DNA of 59,236 nucleotides, from NCBI GenBank assembly GCA_964566905.1, contig CAZMJV010000004.1, forward strand, positions 1 to 59,236. The letters run 5' to 3'. Positions 15,133-25,136 of this stretch are shown here, piece by piece (the first letter of the stretch is position 1; each line of letters opens with the position of its first letter). This DNA is from an uncultured Coriobacteriia bacterium. GTDB taxonomy: Bacteria > Actinomycetota > Coriobacteriia > Coriobacteriales > CAZMJV01. Made by a program: the position numbers and the translations under genes. The notes beneath the pieces were generated by a model, which saw nothing but the letters and a program-made list of their open reading frames with translations, was not told the DNA's origin and did no database searches.

Positions 15133-15450
15133 ATGTCTAGCATGAGCATCCGCAAGGGTGACAAGGTCAAGGTTATCACCGGCAAGGACAAGGGCAAGGA
15201 GTCCAAGGTCCTGGCGACGATTCCCGAGTCCCGCCGCGTTCTCGTCGAGCACGTCGCCATGATGAAGAAGGCGGCGCGTCCGACCCAGAAGAACCCCAAG
15301 GGCGGCATCCTCGAGATGGAAGCACCTATCCACGTCTCGAACGTAATGCTGATCTGCCCCAAGTGCCACAAGGCGACCCGTGTCTCGCGCAAGCGCGTCG
15401 ACGGCAATCGCATCCGCGTCTGCAAGCAGTGCGGCGCCGACATCGATTAG
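15133..15450 (+). CDS. rplX: 50S ribosomal protein L24
   Basis: 105 aa. KOW motif IRKGDKVKVITGKDKGKE. Confidence 0.95.
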   Translation: MSSMSIRKGDKVKVITGKDKGKESKVLATIPESRRVLVEHVAMMKKAARPTQKNPKGGILEMEAPIHVSNVMLICPKCHKATRVSRKRVDGNRIRVCKQCGADID

Positions 15451-15527
15451 TAAGAACCAAGGGCCCCTCTTCGTGAGGGGGCGTAGGGTCGGAAATCCTG
15501 CGCTTAAAACCACCGAAAGGATTGAAC

Positions 15528-16070
15528 ATGGCACCTCGTCTTAAAGAGAAGTACCTCGCAGAGGTCGTTCCTGCCCTCAAGGAGCAGCTCGGCCTCGAGA
15601 ACGTGAACCAGGTTCCCCGCCTCGAGAAGATCGTCGTCAACATGGGTGTCGGCGCTGCGGTGTCCGACAGCAAGCAGCTCGACGCGGCTGTCGAGGACCT
15701 GCGCATCATCACCGGCCAGCAGCCGATGATCACCCGCGCACGCAAGTCCATCGCGGCCTTCAAGCTCCGCGAGGGCATGCCCATCGGCGCCAAGGTCACG
15801 CTCCGCGGCGACCGCATGTGGGAGTTCTTCGACCGCCTGCTCTCGACCGCCATCCCGCGTGTCCGCGACTTCCGCGGTCTTTCAGCCAAGTCCTTCGACG
15901 GGCGCGGCAACTACTCGATGGGCGTCACCGAGCAGCTCATCTTCGCGGAAATCGACTACGACAAGGTCGATCGTAACCGCGGAATGGACATCACGTTCGT
16001 TACCAGTGCAGATTCCAATGAGGATGCCAAGGCTCTGCTTGACGCCTTTGGATTCCCGTTTAAGCGATAG
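15528..16070 (+). CDS. rplE: 50S ribosomal protein L5
   Basis: MAPRLKEKY...VVNMGVG.A......L..A..DL..ITGQ.P. The ATG at 15528 is better spaced from AAAGGA than the in-frame TTG at 15522 used by the ORF track. Confidence 0.95.
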   Translation: MAPRLKEKYLAEVVPALKEQLGLENVNQVPRLEKIVVNMGVGAAVSDSKQLDAAVEDLRIITGQQPMITRARKSIAAFKLREGMPIGAKVTLRGDRMWEFFDRLLSTAIPRVRDFRGLSAKSFDGRGNYSMGVTEQLIFAEIDYDKVDRNRGMDITFVTSADSNEDAKALLDAFGFPFKR

Positions 16071-16122
16071 AATAGGTTTCTTCGGCGGTGGCAAGATGCC
16101 CCGCCGTGAAAAGGAGGCAAGA

Positions 16123-16308
16123 GTGGCTAAGAAGTCGATGATCGCCAAGGCCGAGCGTGAGCCCAAATTCGCGGTTCGTCAGCATAATCGCTGCAGCCGT
16201 TGTGGGCGCCCTCGCGCGTACTACCGTCAGTTCGGCATCTGCCGAGTCTGTCTGCGCGAACTTGCTCTGCGTGGCGAGCTCCCGGGCGTGCGCAAGGCCA
16301 GCTGGTAA
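16123..16308 (+). CDS. rpsZ: 30S ribosomal protein S14, type Z (zinc-binding, 61 aa)
   Basis: GTG start 6 nt after AAGGAGG. (M)[60 protein letters not shown] with CxxC...CxxC. The longer 149-aa ORF in the track is an upstream out-of-context extension. Confidence 0.95.
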   Translation: MAKKSMIAKAEREPKFAVRQHNRCSRCGRPRAYYRQFGICRVCLRELALRGELPGVRKASW

Positions 16309-16340
16309 GCACACGTCAAACGGAGACCCGACTCGATAGG

Positions 16341-16363
16341 CGTTGCCACTAAGGGTGGCAACG
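16341..16363 (+). other. Perfect 9-bp stem-loop upstream of rpsH
   Basis: CGTTGCCAC-taagg-GTGGCAACG in the 94-nt rpsZ-rpsH spacer. No U-tract follows. Confidence 0.4.
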
Positions 16364-16402
16364 AACCGCGAGATGGAGCATCCCGAACCATAGGAGGAAA
16401 GC

Positions 16403-16801
16403 ATGACCATGACCGACCCGATCGCAGATATGCTTACGCGCATTCGTAACGCTAACTCTGCGAACAAAGAGAAGACGACCATGCCGGTGTCGAAGAAGCT
16501 CGTAGAGCTGGCGCGCATCATGAAGGCAGAAGGCTATATCGTCGACTACAAGGTGATCGAGGCCGAGCCCCAGGGTTCGCTCGAGATCACCCTCAAGTAC
16601 GGCCCCAAGAAGGAGAAGGTCATCCGCGGCATTCGACGTATCTCGAAGCCCGGCCTGCGGGTCTACGCCCGCAAGGACGAACTTCCCCGCGTCCTGGGTG
16701 GACTTGGCGTTGCAATCATTTCAACTTCCAAAGGCGTGATGGTCGACCGCGAGGCCCGCAAGATGGGCGTCGGCGGCGAGGTCATCGCGTTCATCTGGTA
16801 A
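16403..16801 (+). CDS. rpsH: 30S ribosomal protein S8
   Basis: 132 aa. [17 protein letters not shown]..., ...[12 protein letters not shown]. Confidence 0.97.
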   Translation: MTMTDPIADMLTRIRNANSANKEKTTMPVSKKLVELARIMKAEGYIVDYKVIEAEPQGSLEITLKYGPKKEKVIRGIRRISKPGLRVYARKDELPRVLGGLGVAIISTSKGVMVDREARKMGVGGEVIAFIW

Positions 16802-16832
16802 TCCGACGGACTGAGAAAGGAGCGATAGCCGT

Positions 16833-17369
16833 ATGTCACGAATCGGCAAGCAGCCCATCCCGGTCCCGTCCGGGGTCGAGGTAACAATCGACGGAAGCAC
16901 CGTCACCGTAAAGGGACCCAAGGGTGAACTCACCCGTACGTTCCAGCCCATACTCACCATCACGCAGGAGGAGGGTTTCGTCACCGTAACCCGTCCTGAC
17001 GACTCCCGCGAGGCCCGCTCTCTCCACGGCCTCACCCGTACGTTGATCAACAACATGGTCGTCGGCGTTTCCGAGGGCTACAAGAAGACCCTCGAGATCG
17101 TCGGCGTCGGCTACCGTGCCGCGCTTTCGGGAACCACGCTGGAGCTTGCACTCGGCTTCTCGCACCCCGTCATCATCGTGCCCGAGCCCGGTATCACGTT
17201 CGAGGTTCCGACCACGACGAAGATCATCGTGTCCGGTATCGACAACCAGCGCGTCGGACAGGTCGCGGCCGACATCCGCAAGTGGCGCAAGCCTGAGCCC
17301 TACAAGGGCAAGGGTATCCGCTACGAGGGCGAGCATGTTCGTCGCAAGCTCGGTAAGGCCGCTAAGTAA
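16833..17369 (+). CDS. rplF: 50S ribosomal protein L6
   Basis: 178 aa. [16 protein letters not shown].... Confidence 0.97.
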   Translation: MSRIGKQPIPVPSGVEVTIDGSTVTVKGPKGELTRTFQPILTITQEEGFVTVTRPDDSREARSLHGLTRTLINNMVVGVSEGYKKTLEIVGVGYRAALSGTTLELALGFSHPVIIVPEPGITFEVPTTTKIIVSGIDNQRVGQVAADIRKWRKPEPYKGKGIRYEGEHVRRKLGKAAK

Positions 17370-17420
17370 CAGTGAACCGATCGGCCCGCGCGGCCGGATG
17401 ATTTCGAGGAGTTGTAGGAC

Positions 17421-17792
17421 ATGGATAAGCTTCAGGCGAAGAAGGCGGGACTTGAGCGCCGCCAGCGTCGCGTTCGCGGGAAGATAAGCGGCACCGCCGC
17501 TCGCCCGCGTCTGCGCGTCACCCGTTCGGGTGCTCACATCTACGCCCAGGTGATCGACGACGTCGCCGGTCACACCCTCGCTTCGGCTTCGACGCTTGAC
17601 GCCGAGGTCAAGGCAACCGGCATCACCAACGGTGCCAATGTCGACGCGGCCCGTGCCGTCGGCGAGGCAATCGGCCGCCGTGCGGTCGAGGCCGGCGTCA
17701 CCGAGGTCGTATTCGACCGTGGTGGTCGTCTGTACCATGGTCGTATTCAGGCTCTTGCGGACGGTGCCCGTGGCGCCGGCCTCAAGTTCTAG
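17421..17792 (+). CDS. rplR: 50S ribosomal protein L18
   Basis: 123 aa. ...[16 protein letters not shown]...FDRGG..YHGR..ALAD.AR..GL.F. Confidence 0.96.
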   Translation: MDKLQAKKAGLERRQRRVRGKISGTAARPRLRVTRSGAHIYAQVIDDVAGHTLASASTLDAEVKATGITNGANVDAARAVGEAIGRRAVEAGVTEVVFDRGGRLYHGRIQALADGARGAGLKF

Positions 17793-17803
17793 GGAGGAAA
17801 CGA

Positions 17804-18313
17804 ATGGCTCGTAATCAAGCCCCCGTCTCCGAGCTTCAGGAGAAGGTCGTCTACATCAACCGCGTCTCGAAGGTCGTCAAGGGCGGTCGTCGTTTCGCTC
17901 TCACCGCGCTCGTCGTCGTCGGCGACGGCAAGGGCAACGTGGGCGTCGGTATGGGTAAGTCCACCGAGGTCCCCAACGCCATCAAGAAGGGTATCGAGGA
18001 CGCCAAGAAGAATATGTTCTTCGTCCCGATCACTGAGAACACGATCCCGCACCAGGTCACCGGCGTCTTCGGTGCCGGTCGCGTGCTTCTCAAGCCCGCC
18101 ACCCCTGGTACTGGTGTTATCGCCGGCGGCCCCGTGCGTGCGGTGCTCGAGCTTGCCGGTATCAAGGACGTTCTCTCCAAGTCCCTCGGTACCGACAACC
18201 CGATGAACGTGGTCAAGGCAACCGCCGCTGGCCTCAAGTCCCTCTCCAGCCCGGAGCAGGTGGCGGCTCGTCGCGGAATGAGCGTCGGCAAGATGTTCGG
18301 TTGGGAGGACTAA
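17804..18313 (+). CDS. rpsE: 30S ribosomal protein S5
   Basis: 169 aa. ...[14 protein letters not shown].....VVVGDG.G.VG.G.GK... Confidence 0.97.
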   Translation: MARNQAPVSELQEKVVYINRVSKVVKGGRRFALTALVVVGDGKGNVGVGMGKSTEVPNAIKKGIEDAKKNMFFVPITENTIPHQVTGVFGAGRVLLKPATPGTGVIAGGPVRAVLELAGIKDVLSKSLGTDNPMNVVKATAAGLKSLSSPEQVAARRGMSVGKMFGWED

Positions 18314-18498
18314 TGGCAGACAAGAAGTTTCGGGTTACCCAGATCAAGAGCGGTATCGGGTGCCCCGCCGATCAGAAGGCGACCCTCAAGGCTCTCGGCC
18401 TCAAGAGGATGCACGACACCGTCGAGCAGGTCGACAACCCGGCGGTACGAGGTATGATCTTCAAGATCAAGCACCTCGTCAAAGTCGAGGATATTTAA
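18313..18498 (+). CDS. rpmD: 50S ribosomal protein L30
   Basis: The ATG overlaps the rpsE TAA (TAATG). [16 protein letters not shown]....[10 protein letters not shown]......V. Confidence 0.93.
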   Translation: MADKKFRVTQIKSGIGCPADQKATLKALGLKRMHDTVEQVDNPAVRGMIFKIKHLVKVEDI

Positions 18499-18510
18499 GC
18501 GACAATCGAG

Positions 18511-18540
18511 CCCGACGCATCGCGTCGGGTTTCGAGTGTT
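18511..18540 (+). terminator. Terminator-like hairpin between rpmD and rplO
   Basis: CCCGACGC-atc-GCGTCGGG (8 bp) followed by TTTCGAGTGTTT. Two more hairpins follow (GACGC-ataa-GCGTC; TGCCGAC-n8-GTCGGCA). Confidence 0.4.
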
Positions 18541-18643
18541 TGGCACTATCGACGCATAAGCGTCATACAGGAGTCTGCCGACGGCGAGCGGTCGGCAACG
18601 TCGGATGGTCCGGCGCAAGCGAAACGAAAGGAAGTACAAGACA

Positions 18644-19093
18644 ATGCAGATTCACGATCTTACTCCCGCCCCTGGTTCCCGTAAGGCCCGCAAGCGCGTA
18701 GGCCGCGGACATGGTTCGGGCCACGGCGGAACCTCCACGCGAGGCGCAAACGGACAGGCATCGCGTGCCGGCGGCACCAAGGGCCCGGGCTTCGAGGGTG
18801 GTCAGACGCCTCTCGCGATGCGTCTCCCCAAGCTCCCCGGATTCAAGAACATCAACCGCGTCGAGTATGCTCCGGTGAACGTCGGACGCCTCGAGATCGC
18901 CTTCTCCGACGGTGACGTCGTCGATTGCGATTCGCTCGTCGCCAAGGGCATCATCAAGCACTCCGACGCCCTCGTGAAAGTGCTCGGAGACGGCGAGATC
19001 ACCAAGAAGCTCACCGTCCGTGTCAACAAGGTCTCGGCTTCTGCGAAGTCGAAGATCGAGGCGGCTGGAGGGACGGTCGAGGCATCGTGCTAG
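18644..19093 (+). CDS. rplO: 50S ribosomal protein L15
   Basis: ATG at 18644, 9 nt after AAGGAAG. MQIHDLTPAPGSRKARKRVGRGHGSG.G.TS.RG..GQ. Confidence 0.95.
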   Translation: MQIHDLTPAPGSRKARKRVGRGHGSGHGGTSTRGANGQASRAGGTKGPGFEGGQTPLAMRLPKLPGFKNINRVEYAPVNVGRLEIAFSDGDVVDCDSLVAKGIIKHSDALVKVLGDGEITKKLTVRVNKVSASAKSKIEAAGGTVEASC

Positions 19094-20361
19094 CAGCAAT
19101 CGCCAACGCGTTTCGTGTACCTGATCTTCGCAAGAAGATCTTCTTCACGCTCGCGATCATTGCTCTGTATCGTCTCGGTTCCTATATCCCCGTACCCGGC
19201 GTGCCCTTCCAGGCGCTTGTCGAGCAGTTCCGCGATCAGGGCGGAACGATGGCGCTCCTCAACCTGTTCTCAGGTGGAGCGCTCGAGCAGTTCTCGGTGT
19301 TCTCGCTGGGAATCATGCCCTACATCACCGCATCGATCATCATGCAGCTGCTGCAGGGAGTCATCCCTCAGCTCGAGGCCTGGGCGAAGGAGGGCGAGTC
19401 TGGTCAGCGCAAGATCACCCAGATCACCCGCTACCTCACCCTGGTGCTCGGTCTGCTCAACGGCATCGGCTACCTGGCGCTCTTCCGCCAGAACCTGACC
19501 TTCGCCACCGGCGCGGGCGCTCCTCCGATGTGGCTCACCAGCGTTGTCATCGTGGCGACCCTTATCGCCGGCACCGCATTCATCATGTGGATGGGTGAGC
19601 TCATCACCCAGCGCGGTATCGGCAACGGCATGTCGCTCATCATCTTCGCGAACATCGTGGCCAAGTTCCCGTCCGCGGTGTTCTCTTCGGTCAACTTCTC
19701 GGCGGGCGGTGCCTTCACGACCATCGTGATCCTGGCCGTCATGATCGCGGTCATCGTTGCGATCGTCATCGTCGAGCGCGGCCAGCGACGGATCCCGGTC
19801 CAGTACGCCAAGCGTATCGTCGGCCGCAAGGTCATGGGCGGCACCTCGACCTACATCCCGCTCAAGGTCAACGGCGCGGGCGTCGTGCCGATCATCTTCG
19901 CCTCGGCACTCCTGTACTTCCCTGCGCAGATGTCCGCCTTCTTCCCGAAGGCCACGTGGCTCACGACGTTCGGAAACGCGATCTCCAGCGGTTGGATGAA
20001 CTGGATCCTCTCGTTCGCTCTGATCGTGTTCTTCGCCTACTTCTACACCGCGATGGTTTTCAATCCCATCGACACGGCGGACAACCTGCGCAAGCAGGGC
20101 GGTTTCATCCCGGGCGTACGTCCCGGTGGGGCCACGGTCCGCTATATCGAGAAGGTTCTGAGCCGCATCACGCTCCCGGGCGCGGTATTCCTCGCGATCA
20201 TCGCCATCGCTCCGAGCATCGTGTTCTTCTTCACTAAGAACACCCTCGCGCAGGCGTTCGGCGGAACCTCGATCCTCATCATGGTCGGCGTCGCACTCGA
20301 GACGATGACCCAGGTAGAGAGCCAGCTGAAAATGCGTCACTACGACGGATTCTTCAAATAA
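19087..20361 (+). CDS. secY: Preprotein translocase subunit SecY
   Basis: GTG at 19087 gives (M)LAAIANAFRVPDLRKKIFFTLAIIALYRLGSYIPVPG..., a canonical SecY N-terminus. 424 aa, 10 TM-like segments. Overlaps the rplO end by 7 nt. The track ORF start at 18925 lies inside rplO. Confidence 0.95.
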   Translation: MLAAIANAFRVPDLRKKIFFTLAIIALYRLGSYIPVPGVPFQALVEQFRDQGGTMALLNLFSGGALEQFSVFSLGIMPYITASIIMQLLQGVIPQLEAWAKEGESGQRKITQITRYLTLVLGLLNGIGYLALFRQNLTFATGAGAPPMWLTSVVIVATLIAGTAFIMWMGELITQRGIGNGMSLIIFANIVAKFPSAVFSSVNFSAGGAFTTIVILAVMIAVIVAIVIVERGQRRIPVQYAKRIVGRKVMGGTSTYIPLKVNGAGVVPIIFASALLYFPAQMSAFFPKATWLTTFGNAISSGWMNWILSFALIVFFAYFYTAMVFNPIDTADNLRKQGGFIPGVRPGGATVRYIEKVLSRITLPGAVFLAIIAIAPSIVFFFTKNTLAQAFGGTSILIMVGVALETMTQVESQLKMRHYDGFFK

Positions 20362-20383
20362 CGAATCGATCGGAGGTCGGCTG

Positions 20384-21013
20384 ATGAACATTGTTCTGTT
20401 GGGAGCTCCCGGAGCGGGCAAGGGAACGCAGGCGGCGAAGATCATTGCTGCTTACCATCTCGCGCACATCTCCACCGGGGACATCCTCCGCGCCGCCGTC
20501 AAGGCCGGCACCCCGCTCGGACTCGAGGCGAAGCGCTTCATGGATGCGGGCGAACTCGTTCCGGACTCCGTGGTCATCGGACTGGTCAAGGACCGTCTCG
20601 CGAAGCCTGACACCGAGAAGGGGTTCATCCTCGACGGATTCCCCCGGACGACGGTTCAGGCCGTCGCGCTCGATGCGGAACTCGATTCGATGGGACGCTC
20701 CATCGACAACGCCATCGCGATCGACGTCGACTTCGAGGTAATCGTCAAGCGACTCACCTCGCGTAGAGTCTGCCTCGAATGCGGCTATATCGGAACCGTC
20801 GACGACGGCCCCGAGTGTCCCGTCTGCTTCGCCGAGATGGTTCAGCGAGACGACGACAAGGAAGACACGGTGCGCAACCGCCTTACTGTTTACGAGAAGT
20901 CGACGGCTCCGCTGATCGACTACTACTCGGGACGCGGCGTTCTGAAGCACATCGACGGCGACCGTCCTGCCGACGAGGTCTTCTCAGACATCAAGTCCGC
21001 CTTGGAGGCGTAG
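20384..21013 (+). CDS. adk: Adenylate kinase (zinc-lid type)
   Basis: MNIVLLGAPGAGKGTQA P-loop. Lid with CLECG...CPVC. Confidence 0.97.
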   Translation: MNIVLLGAPGAGKGTQAAKIIAAYHLAHISTGDILRAAVKAGTPLGLEAKRFMDAGELVPDSVVIGLVKDRLAKPDTEKGFILDGFPRTTVQAVALDAELDSMGRSIDNAIAIDVDFEVIVKRLTSRRVCLECGYIGTVDDGPECPVCFAEMVQRDDDKEDTVRNRLTVYEKSTAPLIDYYSGRGVLKHIDGDRPADEVFSDIKSALEA

Positions 21014-21017
21014 GTCT

Positions 21018-21767
21018 GTGATAGTACGCAAGTCTGTTTCTGAGATCGAGGTTATGAAGGAGGCCGGGCGCATCAGCGCCCGGGTCCTTCGTCTTGTGGG
21101 CGAGGCCATCTCGCCCGGAGTGAACACGCTCGATCTCGACCGTTACGCCGAGGAGATCATTCGAGGCGAAGGCGCGATACCGGCGTTCAAGGGCTATAGC
21201 GGATTTCCCGCGACGCTCTGCACTTCGGTCAACGAGCAGGTGGTCCATGGGATTCCTTCGAGCACCGTACGGCTGGCCGAGGGGGACATCCTCTCGGTTG
21301 ACGTAGGCGCGATCGTCGAGGGCTACTACGGCGATAACGCCGCCACCTTCCCGGTCGGGACAATCACCGAGGATATCCGGAATCTGCTCGACGTGACGGA
21401 GCGCTCGCTGTATGCGGGCATCGACGCAGCGCTCGCAGGCAATCGCCTCGGAGACATAGGCTCGGCCGTCCAGGCGGTCGCAGAGGCAGCCGGTTACGGT
21501 GTCATCCGCGATTACGTCGGCCACGGAATCGGCGCTGCGATGCACGAGGATCCCAGCGTTCCCAACTACGGGCGTCCCGGAACCGGTGCGAAGCTGCTTC
21601 CGGGAATGGTCATCGCGATCGAGCCGATGATCAACCTCGGCGGGTACCAGGTTCGCTCACTGGACGACGGGTGGACCGTAGTGACGCTCGACGGTCTGGT
21701 TTCCGCTCACTTCGAGCACACGGTCGCCATCACCGAGGGCGGCCCCGTGATTCTCACAGTCGAGTAG
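21018..21767 (+). CDS. map: Type I methionine aminopeptidase
   Basis: GTG start, 249 aa. ...VVHGIP....L.EGDI.S.D.G....GY.GD.A.TF.VG...GHGIG...HE.P. Confidence 0.96.
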   Translation: MIVRKSVSEIEVMKEAGRISARVLRLVGEAISPGVNTLDLDRYAEEIIRGEGAIPAFKGYSGFPATLCTSVNEQVVHGIPSSTVRLAEGDILSVDVGAIVEGYYGDNAATFPVGTITEDIRNLLDVTERSLYAGIDAALAGNRLGDIGSAVQAVAEAAGYGVIRDYVGHGIGAAMHEDPSVPNYGRPGTGAKLLPGMVIAIEPMINLGGYQVRSLDDGWTVVTLDGLVSAHFEHTVAITEGGPVILTVE

Positions 21768-21852
21768 GGGATAAATAACACTGGACGCGACCATGCCCGA
21801 TGAGATAACATAACCACTTGCCGTTTCAGGCCCACAGTAGGAGTTGCACCCA

Positions 21853-22074
21853 TTGAGTAAGAAGGACGACGCAATCGAGCTCGAAGGTACGGTCACAGAG
21901 CCGCTGCCTAACGCTATGTTCAGAGTCGAGCTTGAGAACGGTCACAAGGTCCTGGCTCACATCTCGGGCAAGATGCGCATGCACTACATCCGCATTCTTC
22001 CCGGCGACAAGGTTGTCGTCGAGCTTTCCCCTTATGACCTTTCCCGGGGACGCATAACCTACCGCTACAAGTAA
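21853..22074 (+). CDS. infA: Translation initiation factor IF-1
   Basis: TTG at 21853 (9 nt after AGGAG) gives (M)[41 protein letters not shown]..., the usual IF-1 N-terminus. The track start at 21844 abuts the SD. Confidence 0.93.
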   Translation: MSKKDDAIELEGTVTEPLPNAMFRVELENGHKVLAHISGKMRMHYIRILPGDKVVVELSPYDLSRGRITYRYK

Positions 22075-22171
22075 CACCGGGGTTCGTCCCCGTCAGCACC
22101 GATCCGTTCAAAAAACCACGTCTGCGGCTGGATGTGTAGATAGATTCGACAGAGAACCGAAAGGGAGAACT

Positions 22172-22285
22172 ATGAAAGTACGTCCTTCGGTCAAGAAGAT
22201 GTGCGATAAATGCAAGGTCATCCGGCGCCATGGCCGGGTCCTCGTGATCTGCGAGAACCCCCGTCACAAGCAGCGCCAGGGCTAG
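22172..22285 (+). CDS. rpmJ: 50S ribosomal protein L36 (zinc-ribbon form, 37 aa)
   Basis: Absent from the ORF track (<60 aa). ATG 6 nt after [44 protein letters not shown], stop TAG at 22283-22285. Confidence 0.95.
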   Translation: MKVRPSVKKMCDKCKVIRRHGRVLVICENPRHKQRQG

Positions 22286-22301
22286 CAGGGAGGAGCACAC
22301 G

Positions 22302-22676
22302 TTGGCCCGTATCACAGGTGTCGATCTTCCTCGCGAGAAGCGTGTAGAGATCGGCCTCACTTACATCTATGGAATCGGTCGCACGACCGCTTCCACCATT
22401 CTTCGCGAGACCGGGATCAATCCCGATACTCGCGTCCGTGACCTCACCGAAGAGGAGGTCGTGTCTCTTCGTGAGTACATCGACCGCAACCTCAAGGTAG
22501 AGGGAGACCTGCGCCGTGAGGTTTCGCAGAACATCAAGCGCCTCATGGAGATCGGCTGCTACCGCGGCCTTCGTCACCGCAAGGGCCTCCCGGTCCGCGG
22601 TCAGCGCACGCACACGAACGCGCGTACCCGAAAGGGACCGCGTCGCCAGATCGGCGCTAAGAAGAAGGGCAAGTAA
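22302..22676 (+). CDS. rpsM: 30S ribosomal protein S13
   Basis: TTG start after GGAGGAG. (M)[25 protein letters not shown]. Confidence 0.96.
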   Translation: MARITGVDLPREKRVEIGLTYIYGIGRTTASTILRETGINPDTRVRDLTEEEVVSLREYIDRNLKVEGDLRREVSQNIKRLMEIGCYRGLRHRKGLPVRGQRTHTNARTRKGPRRQIGAKKKGK

Positions 22677-22679
22677 AGC

Positions 22680-23081
22680 ATGGTCGCCAAAAAGAAAAAT
22701 GTGCGTACCCGACTCAAGCGTTCTGAGCGCAAGAACATCGCCGTCGGCCAGGCACACATCAAGAGCACGTTCAACAACACAATCATCAGCATCACCGACC
22801 CGCAGGGCAACGTGATCTCCTGGCAGTCTGCAGGCACCGTGGGATTCAAGGGCTCTCGTAAGTCCACCCCGTTCGCCGCACAGATGGCCGCAGAAGCCGC
22901 CGCAAAGATGGCTCAGGAGCACGGGCTGCGCAAGGTCACTGTTTTCGTGAAGGGTCCCGGCTCCGGCCGTGAGACTGCGATCCGCTCGCTCCAGGCCGCC
23001 GGCCTCGAGATCTCGAGCATCCAGGATTGCACGCCCATCCCGCACAACGGTTGCCGCCCGCGCAAGCGTCGTCGCGTGTAA
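22680..23081 (+). CDS. rpsK: 30S ribosomal protein S11
   Basis: 133 aa. ...[18 protein letters not shown]...[18 protein letters not shown]. Confidence 0.97.
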   Translation: MVAKKKNVRTRLKRSERKNIAVGQAHIKSTFNNTIISITDPQGNVISWQSAGTVGFKGSRKSTPFAAQMAAEAAAKMAQEHGLRKVTVFVKGPGSGRETAIRSLQAAGLEISSIQDCTPIPHNGCRPRKRRRV

Positions 23082-23096
23082 CTCGGGAGGATTATT

Positions 23097-23723
23097 ATGG
23101 CTCGATACACCGGGGCGGACTGTCGACTGTGCCGCCGTGAAGGTTCCAAGCTCTTCCTCAAGGGTGACCGTTGCTACAGCGACAAGTGCGCTGTAGAGCG
23201 TCGCCCCTACCCGCCGGGTGAGGCCGGCAAGAAGCGCATCAAAGAGTCCGAGTACCGGACCCAGCTGCGCGAGAAGCAGAAGACCAAGCGTACCTACGGT
23301 CTTCTCGAGAAGCAGTTCCGCGGATACTACGACATCGCGAACCGTCAGCAGGGCATCACTGGTGAGAACCTGCTTCGCATCCTTGAGAGCCGTTTGGACA
23401 ACGTCGTCTACCGTCTTGGCTTCGCCAAGTCGCGCGACGAGGCTCGACAGATCGTTCGCCATGGTCACATCAACGTCAACGGCCGTCGCGTGGACATCCC
23501 TTCGTTCCGCGTTCGTCCCGGCGACCTGATCTCCGTGGGCATCAAGGCCAAGGACCTGCTGGTTATCAAGACCGCTCTCATCTCTTCCGAGCGCACCGAG
23601 GTCCCCAGCTGGCTTGAGGTCGATATCGAGAAGCTCCAGGGAAGCATCCTTGCTCTCCCGAACCGCGACCAGATCGATCTGGACGTCCAGGAGCAGCTCA
23701 TCGTCGAGCTCTACTCGAAGTAA
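23097..23723 (+). CDS. rpsD: 30S ribosomal protein S4
   Basis: 208 aa. [30 protein letters not shown]; S4 domain [21 protein letters not shown]. Confidence 0.97.
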   Translation: MARYTGADCRLCRREGSKLFLKGDRCYSDKCAVERRPYPPGEAGKKRIKESEYRTQLREKQKTKRTYGLLEKQFRGYYDIANRQQGITGENLLRILESRLDNVVYRLGFAKSRDEARQIVRHGHINVNGRRVDIPSFRVRPGDLISVGIKAKDLLVIKTALISSERTEVPSWLEVDIEKLQGSILALPNRDQIDLDVQEQLIVELYSK

Positions 23724-23752
23724 CCGAGACCGGAAGCCAAGGAGGCTGCCAT

Positions 23753-24694
23753 ATGACAGAGTTCATGAGGCCCCAGGTCAAGGTCGAAAATGTCGACGAC
23801 CGTATCGCTCGATACGTCGTCGAGCCGCTCGAGCGCGGCTACGGCTACACCTTGGGCAACAGCATGCGTCGCGTCCTGCTCTCGTCTCTCGACGGAGCCG
23901 CCGCGACTTCGATCAAGATCGAGGGCGTCCAGCACGAGTTCACTTCCATCGAGGGAGTGACCGAGGACATCGTCGACGTGGTCCTGAACGTCAAGGGTCT
24001 TGTCTTCGCGCCGATGGGCACGGGCGACGAGGCTACTGCCACGCTTAAGGTGACCGGCCCCGCCGTCGTCACCGGTGCGGACCTCAAGGTCCCCGCCGAG
24101 TTCAACCTGGTCAACCCCGACCACGTCATCGCGACGCTGGCCAAGGGAACGACCCTCGAGATGTCGGTCAACATCGGCATGGGACGCGGATATGTCGTCG
24201 CCGAGCGCAACAAGCGCCCGGGCGACCCCATCGGTCTCATCCATGTGGACTCGCTCTTCTCTCCGGTCACCCGGTGCACGTTCGGCGTCGAGGACACTCG
24301 CGTCGGCCAGCGTACCGACTACGACCGGTTGGTCCTCGAGGTCGAGACCGACGGTTCGATCACCCCGGCTGACGCCGTGGTGCAGTCGGCCAACATCGTC
24401 AACCAGCACATGAGCGCTTTCATGTCCCTGGCCGGCGAAGAGGCCGAGGTGGAAGCGTCGAGCATTTTCGCCCCGGAGGGTCCGAGCATCAACACCGAGC
24501 TCGACAAGCAGATCGAGGATCTCGACCTTTCGGTCCGGTCTTACAACTGCCTTAAGCGCGCCGGTATCCACTCCGTCCGCCAGCTGGTCGACTTCTCCGA
24601 GAACGACCTGCTCAATATCCGTAATTTCGGGGCCAAGTCCATCGAGGAAGTTAAAGATAAGCTTCACTCGATGAGCCTTGATCTCAAGCAGTAG
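23753..24694 (+). CDS. rpoA: DNA-directed RNA polymerase subunit alpha
   Basis: 313 aa. N-terminal domain ...EPLERGYGYTLGNSMRRVLLSS. C-terminal domain IEDLDLSVRSYNCLKRAGIHSVRQLV..SENDLLNIRNFGAKSIEEV. Confidence 0.97.
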   Translation: MTEFMRPQVKVENVDDRIARYVVEPLERGYGYTLGNSMRRVLLSSLDGAAATSIKIEGVQHEFTSIEGVTEDIVDVVLNVKGLVFAPMGTGDEATATLKVTGPAVVTGADLKVPAEFNLVNPDHVIATLAKGTTLEMSVNIGMGRGYVVAERNKRPGDPIGLIHVDSLFSPVTRCTFGVEDTRVGQRTDYDRLVLEVETDGSITPADAVVQSANIVNQHMSAFMSLAGEEAEVEASSIFAPEGPSINTELDKQIEDLDLSVRSYNCLKRAGIHSVRQLVDFSENDLLNIRNFGAKSIEEVKDKLHSMSLDLKQ

Positions 24695-24709
24695 TGGGAG
24701 AGCGACACC

Positions 24710-25078
24710 ATGAGACACCTTAAAAAGGGCCGCAAGCTCGGCACCGATGCCAGCCACACAAAGGCCATGCTGAAGAGCCTCGCGGTCGCGCTGCTCGCCA
24801 ATGAGCGCATCAAGACCACCGAGACCCGCGCGAAGGAACTCCGTCCGCTGGTTGACAAAGTCATCACCTGGGCGAAGAGGGGCGACGTTCACTCTCGTCG
24901 TCTTGCGATCGCTGCCCTGGGCGACAAGGATCTCGTCGCCAAGGTCTTCACCGCAGTCGCGGCCGGTACGTTCCAGGAGCGTCCGGGCGGTTACACCCGC
25001 ATCATGAAGCTTGGACCGCGCAAGGGCGACAACGCTCCCATCGTTATCATGGAGCTCGTCGAGGCCCTGTCCGAGTAG
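24710..25078 (+). CDS. rplQ: 50S ribosomal protein L17
   Basis: 122 aa. MRHLKKGRKLG.D.SH..AML..L...L...ERI.TT..RAKELR... Confidence 0.96.
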   Translation: MRHLKKGRKLGTDASHTKAMLKSLAVALLANERIKTTETRAKELRPLVDKVITWAKRGDVHSRRLAIAALGDKDLVAKVFTAVAAGTFQERPGGYTRIMKLGPRKGDNAPIVIMELVEALSE

Positions 25079-25105
25079 GACTGCACCGACCAAAAGCTGT
25101 ACCAT

Positions 25106-25136
25106 GAAGAGGACCCTCCGGGGTCCTCTTTTCATG
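25106..25136 (+). terminator. Rho-independent terminator after rplQ
   Basis: GAAGAGGACCC-tccg-GGGTCCTCTTC... followed by a T-rich tail (TTTTCATGTT). Confidence 0.7.

Noticed and set aside
18925-19086. N-terminal 54-codon extension of secY offered by the ORF track, and similar extensions for rplO, rplM, rpsZ, acpS, alr, groES, ychF, UDG, rimI, ecfA2, the metallophosphoesterase and the CBS protein
   Set aside because: The extensions overlap the preceding gene out of frame, are Arg/Pro/Ser-rich and lack SD sequences. The internal starts I chose restore canonical family N-termini with properly spaced SDs.
22075-22171. Hairpin ACCGGGG-ttcg-TCCCCGT after infA as a terminator
   Set aside because: No U-tract follows. 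rpmJ and the alpha operon continue downstream in the conserved order, so it is more likely a simple stabilising or processing stem. Evidence is insufficient to annotate it.
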